A stretch of DNA of 64,000 nt from the human T2T-CHM13v2.0 reference genome, Homo sapiens (GCF_009914755.1 NC_060928.1), one strand, 5' to 3'; counted from the stretch's first letter, positions 29,520-48,591 are shown. Translations and numbers: made by a program. The notes: generated by a model not told the origin, from the letters alone.

Positions 29520-30340
29520 AACGAACCCTCCTAACTATACTTTAATTTTAAAGTCCAAAGTTTGCAACAAATTTAAATTAGCCCCACCAAGATCACTCTC
29601 TATTATTTCCTTCATAATATCTATCACTAACTATAATTATCCAGCTTATTTAATTGCAAATAATTACAAACCAATGTTGATTATTTGCCTCTTCAGCTAG
29701 AATATTGTCTGAACTCCTGGTCTCGTTTTTCGCCTATTCTCTTCACTCATTAAAACGCAACTTCTCACTACAACCCCAATGACACTGCTATAGCTAAGAT
29801 CAAAATAACCCCAAGTTTTCAATCCAGGGGCCATTTCTCTTTCAATATCTTAAAGGCTGCTCAGCAGCATTCTGAATTTTCAAACACAACCTCCCCTTCC
29901 ATCTTTGCCCCAAGGCCCCATTTAAATCATTTCTTCTCTCCTATTCTAGGATCAGAGGTGTTTCTGGTTTTCCTCCACTTCCCTGGCCACTGCTTTAAAG
30001 TTCCTTTGTTAAATCATCTTTCTGTACTTGAACTTTAAAAGCTGAGTGCCTGGGAACCCCAGTCTAGCCCTGCTCTCTCTTCCCTTCTGCAAGCCCTCTC
30101 TAGAAGCTCTCTTCCCTCTCTTCCCTTCTGCGAGCCCTCTCTAGAAGCTCTAGGTTAATCTGTGGAGAGACCTGTATGACCTTTCCATGTGAGTGTGGAA
30201 AAAAATCTCAAATTTTACGCATTAAAAATGGAAATTTTGTTCCTTTTTCTATGCCCCAAATATATTGTCACTGTTCTGTTTGGTGTTCAGGAACATATCT
30301 ATAGGTCCCAAATTACTTTAGATACCAACAAATTTTTCTT
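29520..30340 (+). mobile_element. L2 fragments, including an RT-region remnant
   Basis: GACACTGCTATAGCTAAGATCA...CTCAGCAGCATT resembles the L2 RT segment ETAL.KV...DLSAAF. Confidence 0.5.
30075..30151 (+). repeat. Tandem duplication, 36-bp unit, period 41
   Basis: CTCTCTTCCCTTCTGC(A/G)AGCCCTCTCTAGAAGCTCT at 30075-110 and 30116-151. Confidence 0.95.
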
Positions 30341-30359
30341 CTCACAAAATAAAAATAAG

Positions 30360-30666
30360 GGTCAGGTACAGTGGCTCATGCCTGTAATCCCAACGCTTTG
30401 GAAGACTGAGGCGGGAGGATTGCTTGAACTCAGGAGCTTGAGACCAAACAGGGCAACATAGGGAGACCCTATTTCTACCCAAAAAAAAAAAAAAAAAAGC
30501 AGGACACGGTATCACACATCTATAATCTCAGCTTCTCAGGAGGCTGAGGTGGGAGGATCACTTGAGCCCAGGAATTTGAGGCTTCAGTGAGCTAGGATCA
30601 CACTGCTGCACTCTAGCCTGGGTGGAGTGAGATGCTATCTCTAAATTAGTTAATTAATTAATTAAA
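30360..30666 (+). mobile_element. AluJ
   Basis: Dimeric Alu with J-type GGAGGATTGCTTGA; expanded middle A-run; (TTAA)n tail. Confidence 0.9.
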
Positions 30667-30839
30667 GACAATCATTCCTCAGCAAAAATATGATGAATGG
30701 CACTTACCACTTGTATTAAGATGATTGTTTGTTTGCTCTGAAGAAGGGTGAACACAGATAATTAATTCAGTAATCAAATGAATTTATACCAGACCAAATA
30801 GAATCCCTTATATATATATTTTTTAAAAATGCTTTTTTT

Positions 30840-31815
30840 TTTGTACTGTGTCTTGGATGAATTCCTGAAATTATGCACTAGTGCCCTACTTCTCTGATCA
30901 TGTGTGGCTTAGAGTTTATTGTCTCTATCGAGGTCATTCAACTCTTTTTAGGATATATTTTTTATTTCAAGGTTTTCTAATTAATTATTTTTATATCCAT
31001 TTTTCCTTGCTTCATTTCTGCCTGTTTTTACTCATTTAATAATTTCTTTTCCTTTTTATAAATGCTGTTTTTCACTTACATTTTGAAAATTCTAAGCATG
31101 CATTTTTTACAATCACTTTACTGTTTTCTTTACGTATCAGTAGATGTATCTCCTGATTGTTGATTTCCTTGACTAACTTTTGAAGTTTTGCTCACATATT
31201 TTAGAATTTTGGTTTGCACACTTGAGTAAACTTTCTCTCTGCTTCGGTGATGATTTTTTTCTGTTCTTCCTCTGAATGACCCCGTAGTGGGGGCATTTGC
31301 AATCTGCATTTGCAGTCTTCCTACTACCTTTGGCAATATTGTAGAACCAAGAGTTAAGGGAACTCTCTAGCCTGGATGAAGTCCACAACCTGCTGTCTCC
31401 CGAATTCCTAGGAAAACAGATTTATAGAAGCCCTAGTTACAGGTACAGCTCAGCAGCTCAGCAGTAGCACTTTTCAGCCTCTTTTCAAGGGCAGAGGGAC
31501 TTGACAATAAATCTTTACTTCAGGCAGCCTGTCTGGCTCCTGTTGTATATGTCATATTGGTTGATTTAAGTACTCACTGTCCTTCAAGGAGATGAAACTC
31601 CAGTCCATCTTTGCAAGCTTGTATTCTCAGATCAAGTCAGCAGATCTAATTTCACATCGTTTTTTGTTTGTTTCTGTTATGCTTATTATTGTCCATGAAC
31701 TTTTTCTTTTATTTCTTGGCTGCACCTTTTTATTCAGCTTATCATTGCTGTATATCTGAAGCAGAGGAAAAACTCAAAAGTATGAACTTATGATGCCATC
31801 TAGACTAAGAATTTT
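30840..31815 (-). mobile_element. Possible ancient L1/HAL1 5' (ORF1) region
   Basis: T-rich antisense ORF1-like texture ending near a degenerate AGATGGC; weak. Confidence 0.35.
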
Positions 31816-32639
31816 CTTGGTATTGAAGTTGTATGCAAAAAGATGACAGGACTGGTTTTTGTCTTTACTTTTTACACTGAATTTATAATAATTTCTTAAA
31901 TAGATTTCACAGTGTTTTGGACCTAGTGCCTGTGTGTTGAGAAGCCTCATCTTTTGTTAATACTGAACATTAACTCACAACTCACAATTTTTTCTTCTAC
32001 CAAATATGCCTTTTTTATTTCTTTATGCAAAACATGTGGAATGGTAAAGCTAATTATTAGAGGATGACCGTCAGGAAACAATAAATAGTTGTCAACCTGC
32101 ATTATTTGTTATGTTAATATTTCTACTCTAAAAATATTTCTCACCAAGTCTTATAAGTTCCACATTAGATGTTTTATATAGTTTAACATGTCATTCTTCT
32201 TTAACTCAAAATACTAAAAAATGACCTTAAAGTGACTCCATTTATGTTGCCTGGTTTTGTTTATTTGAATAGCCTCAGGATTAGTGCACACTGGAGATTT
32301 TGACAGGTTTAATTATTCTACACATTTAACTGGTGAGAATTTAATTACTCTAGTGTTCCCAGAGAGCTGATGACACAGGTGAGATCTTAAAAAATAATAA
32401 ATAAACAAAGATAGGTATAATGTGTGTCTCTACCAATTTATAGTTAGGAATATTTTACACTTCATAGGATATACCTTATTTAAACCTCCATTTAACAATT
32501 CTGAAATTTTAGTGTTTTCTAGGTTAATTAGCATCTAAAATTAATTGAATATAATATCAAATATATATTATTTTATTTGCATTATATACTTATGTAACAT
32601 ATAACAGAAATACATAATATATATAGATATTTCTAAGGT

Positions 32640-34200
<1,561 letters not shown>

Positions 34201-34229
34201 AGTTATGAACTGCAAATATGCATACGTAG

Positions 34230-35870
<1,641 letters not shown>

Positions 35871-36734
35871 TTATGGTGGTTCAAGAGAAATGCACATACT
35901 TTAAAGGCTTAGAAAATGAGGTTATAATTAACATCGGCACCTATTTTATTGATGCAATCTAATTTCTAGGTTTTTTTAAAATTTCTCTTTTCAAATATGT
36001 TGTATGAGCTACGTCAAGCACTTATCTAAGATACCAACAGCTAACCTTTCCTGATTTTCCCACTTTGTAATAAGTGAGAGATTATTTGCTTCATGTGTAG
36101 TAATTTTTCTCTCTATTCCAGTGCTTTATGTATTTGTTGCCATATCTATATTTTACAGCTCTCATACCTGTTAAAGAGTAAGTTCAATGAAATTGTAGTT
36201 TCCCTCTTTTTCATGTATTTTAAGTTACATAAATTAAAAGAGATGTTTATGCTAGAATGTTTATGTGTAGATTTGACAATGGTGCCAAATTTACACAGGT
36301 AAAATGCACAAAACTGATATTTCAGACATAGGCTTGAACTAATCACCTAAATTATATATAGTATATTATTTTTTGTGCCATACATTAGAGCCTATATACA
36401 AGATATATAAAAAGGACTACTTAATTATATATTTTTAATTGCTGTTAGAGCATTAAATCTATTTTTATTTAAAATGTATGTAGTCATTTTTTGTTATTTA
36501 AAGAAGTATAGCTATGGAAATAAGAAATGTAAGTTATATAGTAGGAAATATTATTGGAAAACATTAATGATTATACAAATAATCAGATAATTATTTTCTA
36601 GCATAGTAATATAATTTTCAAATTTACTGTAAATTTGAAAAATGTTTACACTGAATCCCTATGTGCTTAAAACCTGGTCTTCTACTAACATTATATTATA
36701 ATTGTTTATCACATTTCAACAGATACACCTTTTT

Positions 36735-38440
36735 CTCTATCCACCCATCAAGCTGTCTTATTTATGATGCCTTTCAAAGTAAATTGGAAGCATCACTGCA
36801 CCTTCCCCTAAATACTTCAGCATCCGTGTCATTAACCAAGGTTCAATATTTTGTTATAATTTACTCAAATGAAATAAAACAAATTTTAATTGTCTATTCA
36901 CTAGGTTCTGAAAAAATACCTGTCCTTAGTAATCCTTACCTCTACCAATATATAAAACAATACAACCAACTCAAATCATTTCCCTATGTGTGTTTCTAGA
37001 AAATCCCCTCACCCCACTCTCAAGACAAGCACCTGACTTTTTTCCAAAATAGAATAATTTCATGGTCATAAAAGTTTACATGCATGGAATCATATCGCAT
37101 GTGCTCTTTAGTGTAAGGTTTCTTTCCATTATTGTATTGTTTTTTGGTATTAATCAGAGTTGCATGCATCAGTAATTTTTCTTTATCTCTGCGTAGCATT
37201 CAATTGTTAAATACACTAATGTTTTCTCGGTGATATTGGAGTAGTTTCCAGTTTTAAATTATTATAAAGTGGCTATTAATATTCTTGTACAGGTTTTTGC
37301 GAACATTTTTCATTTATCTTAAGTACATGTCTAGGAATGTCATCACTACATTACGGAGCAAGTTAATATTTAGTTTATAGGAAACTGACAAACTGTTTCT
37401 CCAGTGATGATACCATTTCAAATTTCCACCAACAATTTATGAGAGTTGTAATTGCTCAACACACTTGTCAACACTGTTTTGTCAGTCTTTTCTTATTTTT
37501 AGTCATTTTGGTGGATGTGTTGTGGTATTTCATTAGTAGTTTTAATTTATATTTCTATAATGATGAATAATTTGAGCACTTTCTAACCGTGTAATGGTAA
37601 CTTGCATATCTTCATTTTGAAGTGTCTAGGTACTTTGTCTTTTATTATTTCTCATAGGAGATATATGTACATTTTCTATGTGAGCCCTTTGTCACATACA
37701 TAGGTTATGAGTGTTTTCTGTTGGCTAATGCTCACCTAAGTATTTTTTAAAGATGCCTCTGCTGTGGTTCGAATGTATGGGTTCCTCCAACATTTATAAG
37801 CTGGAACCTAATATCCAATGTAATAGTCTTAAGAGGTGGGGACTTTTGGGAATTGATTAAGTCATGAGCTCTCCTCTCACATGAATGAAATTACTGCTCT
37901 TATAAAAGAGGCCGAAGGGAACACTATCGTTTCTTTTTGTTCTTCCATCTTTTCTGCCATGTGAGAACACACAGTTCATCACCTCTAGTGGACACAGCCA
38001 CAAAGTGCCATCTTGGAAGCAGAGAGTTAGTCATAACGAGACACTGAATCTGTTGACATCTTGATCTTGGTATTCCTAGCCTCCAGAACTTTGATAAATA
38101 CATTTTAAATCTCTTTTTGATACTATGTCAATGCCACAGTTTTGATTATTCTGGATTTATAGTAGCCATGAATTCAAACAACATGCATTCAATTTTTGTT
38201 CTTATTTTCTAAAATTTCAGAGGTATTCGAGGTCTTTGGTGTTTACATATACATTTTAGAATCATCTTGTCAATTTACTTTATTAAAATAAGCTTTTGAG
38301 AGGGATTTTAGTGGGGATAACTGTAAATGTATGGATCAATTGGGGAATAATTAAAATCTAGATACTACTGACTCATCTAGTCCATGAATACTGTATACAT
38401 ATTTATTTAAAATTTTTCTTAGCAATATCATATCATTTCT
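36735..38440 (-). mobile_element. Old L1M (MC/MD-type) 3' and ORF2 remnant, interrupted by a MaLR LTR
   Basis: CCCCTAAATACTTCAGCAT, CATGGAATCATA, TTCCACCAACAATTTATGAGAGTT, ATTTTAGAATCATCTTGTCAATTT. Confidence 0.65.
37760..38106 (+). mobile_element. MaLR LTR (MSTD/MLT1A1-like), 3'-truncated
   Basis: TGCTGTGGTTCGAATGT start; CTTATAAAAGAGG; CATCTTGATCTTGG...GCCTCCAGAACT. Confidence 0.75.
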
Positions 38441-38659
38441 AGAATTAGTAAGGATACAACTAAAACATTTGATTATTACTTTATGTTTCTACTTCAGAAA
38501 ATGACACTCAATATCACTTTACAATGTTATGTGATGAAGATATTATTATATTTAAAAACATCTACACTGATAGGAGTTATGGAGAGTTAATACTTAAGTT
38601 CAAGGTTTAGGTAACCTTGACGATATACAAATTTGCAGCCTCTTATAAGACCTTGTACA

Positions 38660-38855
38660 TTGATCTTGACTCGTGTTCAGTTGCCTGATTATGAATGACC
38701 TTTTGATGAGCGATCTAGGGCAAATTACTTTGTCTCTCTGTAATTCCGTTTTCTCAGCTCTAAATGGGTGAAACAGTGGTGGGGTTGCAAGGCTTTACAG
38801 ACAGAATAGAAGCAAGGTCTTAGAACAGTGTTTGAACACTGAAAAGCACCATAAT
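38660..38855 (+). mobile_element. MIR
   Basis: GGGCAAATTACTT..TCTCTG..GTTTTCTCAGCTCTAAATGGG core and CTTAGAACAGTG 3' motif. Confidence 0.6.
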
Positions 38856-38899
38856 GATCAACTGTTTTCCTTTTCATTCATGACCTTTTCTTCCCTTTC

Positions 38900-39280
38900 C
38901 TTCTGCATGCCAAGCCCTTCCCTGCTTTAGAGTCTTTGCGTTCCCTTTGCCTATTTTCTCAGCTCCTCTGAGGGAGACTTCCTTTTTATCTTTCACTCAT
39001 AGCTTGAATGTTCTTTCTCTTGAAGAAGATTCCCAATCATTTAATATGAAGAGAAGCTCTCTGTTCTCTATCTCAACAATATGTTTATTATCTTTATGGC
39101 AATCAAAAGGCTTTCAAAAAGTGCTCTTGTTTTGTTTTACATTACTTTGCATATTTGTTTTTGATATTCAATGTAGAAATTAGGCACTGTGCCTCCTATG
39201 TTTACCAATATATGTTAATAGCATGGTACAGTGCCTTTCTAATGTAGATACTTAGCTAATATTTATCAAATACATGAATC
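38900..39280 (+). mobile_element. L2 3' end
   Basis: GCATGCCAAGC..CCTGCTTTAGAGTCTTTGC ... ACAGTGCC...AATATTTATCAAATACATGAAT. Confidence 0.55.
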
Positions 39281-39302
39281 TTCAATGAGGCAGAATAGCC
39301 CT

Positions 39303-42045
<2,743 letters not shown>

Positions 42046-43387
42046 GCTCTCATTTTAGAAATTTTGATAATGGTTCTTAAGTAGAAATTTTGTCTTTTCA
42101 AATTCACTGCAAAGTACCATCTGTGAGTTCTTATTTTGAAATATTGCCAACATTCAAGATAATAATAATAATATATATATATATGGCTATTCTTATTCTT
42201 CCCAGTAACTTGAAATTAAGACGTGTGGAGAGGATTTTCAAGGTGCAGTTATTGTCAACAAAAGTGTCCTCTTGTCTCCAGAATTAACTATTCAAACACA
42301 GTTCTTACAAAATTGTTGTTTTTGTTTCAAACAAATAGTGCTCACAGTACTTATTATTTATTAATTTAGCAAACACTGACTTTTTTCTAGATTCTTAGCA
42401 TTCTTCTGAGAGAAAACATGACTGAACAAGACAGAGCTCATGTTACAGAGTGTTAAAGGAGCACAAGTTTTTTTAAAAGAATATTGAAGAGGACCTGAGC
42501 AAAGACTTGAAGGAGGTGACCTCTCTCTTCAATTTCATTTTCTGCCCTTTTTCTTTAAAGACTTACCATATGCCCTGGCCACATAGGATTACTCTAAGTC
42601 TTATACATTCTATATTTTTCCACCTCTGTTTTCTTGTTTTCATATTTTCATATTTTTCCTCCACCTAGAATAGGTTTTCTTTGTTTTTATGTCTCTGCCA
42701 CCATCCTGGTTATAGCTACTATTACAGCTGCTGTTACTTTTTACTGGTTTCCACAATATCCTTTCATCCCATACAGTAGGTCCTCACTTAACGCCATCCG
42801 TAAGTTCTTGGAAACTGCTACTGTAAGTGAAACAACATGTAATAAAACCAATTTTCTTATAGACTAATATAAACAAGAGTTCTGTTTGTAAATATATTTC
42901 TGGTCACAAAAGTGTCACCAAATTCTACATAAAGACCCAAACATTTCTATTAGTAAAAATTGGAATAAATGTAAGCTATACATACATTTAAGAAAGATTA
43001 ATCAAAACAAGTAAGATAATTATTTACCAACTTTCGGTGATGGTGAGTGACTGTGGTCATAATGGAATTTAATCAAGGAATACACGTTTGTGAAGCCAAA
43101 CTTGTAAGGAGCAACCTCCCCTCACCACAAAGTTCAAAAGCAATCATAAAGAGGGTGAGCTCACTGAGTGCTTTCCTACTACACCGTTTATTGCCACGCA
43201 TCTGTATGATTGTTGTCTACTTGGTGAATTTCTAGTTTACAATCATTTGTATTTTTTCATTCGCTCATTTTTCAACCTGCTTATTTCAGTTCAGGGTTGC
43301 AGGTGGCCGCAGCCTGTCCTGACAGCTCAAGGAGCCAGGCGGGACCACCCCAGCCAGCCACCCTCCCGTCGCCTGGTGACTCATGTT

Positions 43388-44060
43388 CACCCACAAACAC
43401 TCACACTCGCCCACACTCATTCATCCACATTCACTCACACTCACCTACATTCACTCTTTCATCCACACTCACCCTCACTCACCCACTCACATTCACCCAA
43501 ACTCACTCACACTCACCCACTCACACTCATCTACACTCACATTCATCCACACTCAGTCACTCTCACCCTCACTCACCCACTCACACTCACCCAAACTCAC
43601 TCACACTCACTCACACTCATCCACAGTCACACTCACCCTCATCCACTCACACTCACCCAAACTCACACTCACCCACACTCACCTATACTCACATTCATCC
43701 ACATTCACTGACACTCACCTACACTCATCCACACTCAGTCACACCCACACTCACACCCACACACACCTTCACTCACACTTACTCACAATCACACTCAACC
43801 ACACTCACATTAATCCACCTTCATTCATTCACCTACACTCATCCAGACTTACACTCACCTACACTCATTCACTCTCACACACACACATACCCCCACTCAC
43901 ACCCCCACTCACATCCTCAAACACAAATTCACCCACATTCGTCCTCACTCACTCATACTCATACCCACACTCACACTCATACTCACCCTCATTCACCCTC
44001 ACCCACACTCACCCTCACCCTCACTCACCCACATTCACCCACACCACTCATATCCACACT
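43388..44060. repeat. ~670-bp CA-rich low-complexity tandem array (CACT/CACC/CA units)
   Basis: Seen directly; 7 G in 673 bp on the + strand by manual count. Confidence 0.95.
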
Positions 44061-44189
44061 GGGATACGGGGAACTGCTAGGGAACTTAATGGGCACAGCT
44101 TTGGGATATGGGCGGAAACCTTAGTGCTCAGGGAAAACCTAGGCAGAGAGAACATGCAGACTCCACACAGACAAGGGCTCAGACAGGAA

Positions 44190-44686
44190 CGAGACAGGTG
44201 GTAGGGCTCGACTTCAGAGACAAGGTTTGGCCACCAGACCAAATGGAGGACTATTTAAAACAGCGACAGGGCAGAAGCACCTCCTCATAAGACACACCCA
44301 CCAGTGTGCCATTGTCAGTTTACCTCTGCCATAGCAACATCTGGAAGTTACTGCCCCTTTCCATGGCAACAATGCAACGAGTCAGAAGTTACCACCCTTT
44401 TCCTAGAAATTTCTGCATAATCCACCCCTTCATTTGCATGTAACTAAAAATGAGTATAATTATGACTTCAAAACTTCCTCTGAGCTGCTGCTGCTGCTCT
44501 GGGCACACTGCCTATGGGGTAGCCCCACTCTGCTGGGGCAGTACCTCCACTGCTGCTGGGGCAGTACCTCCACGGCTGCTGTACACTGCGCTTCAGTAAG
44601 AGTTGCTATTTCACATCACCTGCTGGCCCTTGAATGCCTTCCTGAGCGAAGCCAAGAACCCTCCCAGGCTCGACTGTCCTGCATCA
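44190..44686 (+). mobile_element. ERV1 solo LTR, MER66-like
   Basis: GGGCTCGACTTC..ACCAGACCAAATGGAGGACTA, CCATGGCAAC, GGGCACACTGCCTATGGGGTAGCCC; ends GCATCA; internal 21-bp duplication at 44530-50/44553-73. Confidence 0.75.
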
Positions 44687-44878
44687 GAAGCAAATGTTTT
44701 CCTTATCCATGTAATAAGGAAACAACGTGGAAGAAAAGGCTGTTCTGCAGGACCTGCTCCGCTCTCCGCAGGCGTTACTGACCAGTTAGTCAGGACTATA
44801 CTTCCAACCGATCACTTCGTTATGATCATAAAAGACAAAATAATGCCTCAGCCCACAGGCCCTGTGCGATGTGCCAGT

Positions 44879-44897
44879 GACCACCCCCTGGCGGCAC
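44879..44897 (-). promoter_or_regulatory. Candidate CTCF binding site in a CpG-retaining segment
   Basis: Minus strand GTGCCGCCAGGGGGTGGTC; about 14 CpGs in 44760-45150. Confidence 0.55.
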
Positions 44898-45100
44898 TCA
44901 TCATCTGCCATGTGCCACCTGTTACTACTCTGTCCATCATTCCATGGTCTTTCCGGCTTCAGAGCCAGAGCATGAACTACCCCTCTGCCTAGACTCCCCT
45001 CTCACCCGTGCGGGGCATTTCTGACATAACGCCCGCTCATGCTGCAAACACAACAACAATTCACTTCCTTAAGCAGCTCCCCGCTTGCCATCCTCCCCTA

Positions 45101-45505
<405 letters not shown>

Positions 45506-46033
45506 TCAGTTACTCTATGTTTGCTTTACCTTCTGTTATAAAGAAGACAGGACTGTTTTTTTTTTTTCTTTTCTTAGTGAGTGCTGCAATTTACCTCCTT
45601 GGTAAATCTTTTCATAGAGTAGATTTTTAATAAATGTTTGTTGATGAATGGTCTATTTTTTATTTATTAAAATGACTATTTAGAAAGATAAAAGAAATGC
45701 CCGCAAGTTAAACAGTTTTAAAAGCTGACAACCGCCAAACAACACAAAATACAGAAAAATAGTATATCTATTGCCTGCCAGACACACTGCTTAACACATT
45801 TCCCCCCTACATTTTGTGTACTCTGATTGCCTCTGCAAATGACAATTTTGTATTTTTCTACAGAGAGAAAAGAAAATTAATGTACTCTTTCTTCTTGCAT
45901 AGTGTATTAAAATGTGTTCTTTTTTTAAATGATAGCTGGGGCACATAAAACATGTGATTTCACACACAAATGTGCTTATTTCTATCAGTTTGAGTATTTA
46001 AATGTGGGATTTTGGTAGATTTTATTGACATGA

Positions 46034-46356
46034 TGAGACAGCCAGGTAGGAGGGGGGTCCCTGGAGGAACTCCAACCAGCCTGACCACTGAAGTGGAGCC
46101 TCTTGAGAAATTCCTGATGTTTGCAGCAGGGAGGGACCTGGCCCCTCCTCCTCCTGTGTGGAAACTGGGATTCCAACTGCAGGGTAGGAAGTGCTCTAGC
46201 AGGGACTCCGGCCTTGCAAGAGTCCCTGTTTCCCCTTTTCACCCAATAAAACCCTGTTTCACTCACCCTTCAAACCATCTGCGAACCTACATTTTCATGG
46301 CTGTGGAACGAACAAGGACCCTGTCTTTAGCTGAACTAAGGAAAAGTCCTGCAACA
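46034..46356 (+). mobile_element. ERV1 solo LTR, MER61-like
   Basis: TGAGACAGCCAGGT...CCTGCAACA; AATAAA; perfect 4-bp TSD ATGA. Confidence 0.85.
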
Positions 46357-47844
46357 ATGATACACCTTAAAGGCATATGGTCCATTTACTGTATAAATCT
46401 TGCATTATTATACATATTTCTGACATGAGAATATTGTCCTTTTGACTCTGTTTTCAATTTCAGGTGGTTGATAATTGGTGGTGTTTTCCACACACTGTCT
46501 TCTTACGTTGAATGTCTCAAACATAGGCTTGTCTTTCATCCTCAAACTTGGAATTCTGGATGCCACAGGACATGATTATATAGTAATGTGGCCCCTACTC
46601 TTGCAACTGTGTGTCTTGAGGCTTGCAAGTCAGCATAGTGGTGATAGGAGTGCTTTGGAAAACCATTCCTCTCTCTGGCTCTGATAACTGCTAGGAACTA
46701 AATTACACACTGGAGTGATCTGAGACCCCATGGATATCCCAAAAACCCCAAACTAAATTTGTTCTCAATGCAATTTCCTCTTAGATAAATCCTAAAATTG
46801 CCGTCTTGCCATTCCAGTGCTCTCTTGGAGGAAGGGAAGACGGAGTAGAAGGAAATAACACTCATAACAGATTTTGATTAAAATATCTTTCCTTTAAACA
46901 CATGGCCACGTGAGCACATCATGAGGATGCTTCACTGGACTTATGAAAGAGCCTCTTTTGGAGGTGAAAGTTACTGAACTTAAGCAATTGTAAGCTTTAT
47001 GGTAAATCCATTTCTGTAATTAATTATTTGGGATATATTTTCTGCTATGTCACTCAAATATTAAAAAACCAGACCAAGGTTTTGTGATTTAAAATTGTCT
47101 TTTAGGAAGGGCAGAATGTATGATGTCAGTTTTGTCTTGTTTTGTCTTGTTTTCTGGAGACCCAGAGGTGGGGGAGAATTAGTACTTTTTAATTTCAGAT
47201 TATTTTGATCATTTGCTTTTCTATAAGTTGTTCTTCTCAACCTCTCTTCACTTTTTTACTGCTTTCCTCTTTTGTCCTTTCTTTTTACCAAGATAAAGTG
47301 ATTGGTTTTATGACTGTAGCTACCAGTCCAAGTTACCAGGCCCATACAGTATCGTGGATTATTTCGGAAGGAGGGTCCCCAATCTTCTATTATGAAACCA
47401 AGTGATGTTTCTGGGGCGATACCTGCAGATAAGACTTGACAAGTAAGAGGAAGCATTTTCAGGGGATAAAAAATGGCTGGTTTAGTTCAATGAAGGGAAT
47501 TTATGATAGCCTTCCAATGGAGATTTGCTGTTATCTTCACAGCCTCGCAGCTATGCCAGCTGAAGTCACTATGTTTCAAATACCAGGAGCAGGATAACCC
47601 CGTGTTTACAGCTCTCGACATCAGTCTTTTCTTTCCTTCCAGTCTTTCCTTTCATTCTTTCCTTTCTTTTCTCCCTTCCTTTAATTTCTCTTTTTCTTTT
47701 TCATATATTTTTATTGTTATTGTTTAATATTTTTGCATCTATAGATCAACCTCTAACTTTATATTCTTATCATATGTTTGTCATTTTTTTAATTTTTTAA
47801 AATTTGGTTTGCTAGTCTACCTTAGCAAGTTAGGAAATGTTCCT

Positions 47845-47999
47845 CATTTGTGCATTTTGTAAAATATAAAGGATGGGTTTTTTAAATATAAAGTTCTGTA
47901 TACCTTGCACAAGCATATAATAGGGGCTCAATAAATAATTATTGATTTGGTAACTTGCCAACAACCTCAGCTTTCTTCAGTTATTTTATCCTCTCTAAC
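47845..47999 (+). repeat. Donor copy of a 155-bp dispersed duplication (MIR-like part plus unique flank)
   Basis: Ungapped match to 52574-52728, 18 mismatches. Confidence 0.95.
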
Positions 48000-48245
48000 T
48001 TTATGCCTTTATATTAGTGTCATCTTTTTAGCTCTAATTTCACAGCTGCTATAATAGCTTCCAGGAAGAAATTTCCTAATCACTTTGACAATGAAGTCTA
48101 AGTGATTAGACTTGGTTTGATGGTATGATTTGGCATGTTTTCTTCTCCATAGACTTTTTGAGTTTTGTCAGGAAAAAAGGAATATTGTCCCAATGTATAA
48201 TTCCAGGGACTATATGTAATCCATGGGGGAGAATTTGTGTCTATG

Positions 48246-48246
48246 C

Positions 48247-48278
<32 letters not shown>

Positions 48279-48279
48279 G
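48246..48279. repeat. (TG)n microsatellite
   Basis: Seen directly. Confidence 0.9.
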
Positions 48280-48591
48280 CATGTAAAGGAATGGGTTTTT
48301 GATTATTGAACTTTCTGATACTCATCCCACAATGGTGGCCCGTGTGGGAAGTGGTAAATGACACTATTGCTTCATGAGCCTGGCCCTAACTATTGCTACA
48401 TACATAACCATGAATCCTAAGGTGCGATGAAAACCAGGGCTAGATGGGGTATAAGTATGGCTGCCCTTTCTTGTGCTACAAACAGCTCTTTTCTACTTGA
48501 ACCTTCGTGAGACTGCCAGAAGGTGAGACAGAAAATATGGAAGAGATATACGTGATTTGGAGTTCCCCCAAAACTCCAACATTAGTGCTAT

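Larger units (their letters stand above)
42774..44759 (-). mobile_element. MER6 DNA transposon (TcMar-Tigger), carrying an internal repeat expansion and a MER66 LTR
   Basis: TA|CAGTAGGTCCTCACTTAAC left end and AGGACCTGCTC right end (TIR-like); body matches the recalled MER6 consensus on both sides of the insertions. Confidence 0.85.

Noticed and set aside
43247-44204. 275-aa, 273-aa and 154-aa His/Thr/Ser/Pro-rich ORFs as a novel protein gene
   Set aside because: They overlap in all three frames of a nearly G-free repeat that can hardly encode stops, lie inside MER6, and start at non-ATG or weak starts; a compositional artefact.
46034-46356. p53 response element in the MER61-like LTR
   Set aside because: Some MER61 subfamilies carry one, but I see no RRRCWWGYYY dimer in this copy.
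46415-46470. Branch-point/polypyrimidine/CAG acceptor-like site
   Set aside because: Such motifs are common in AT-rich DNA; no matched exon structure can be supported without transcript data.
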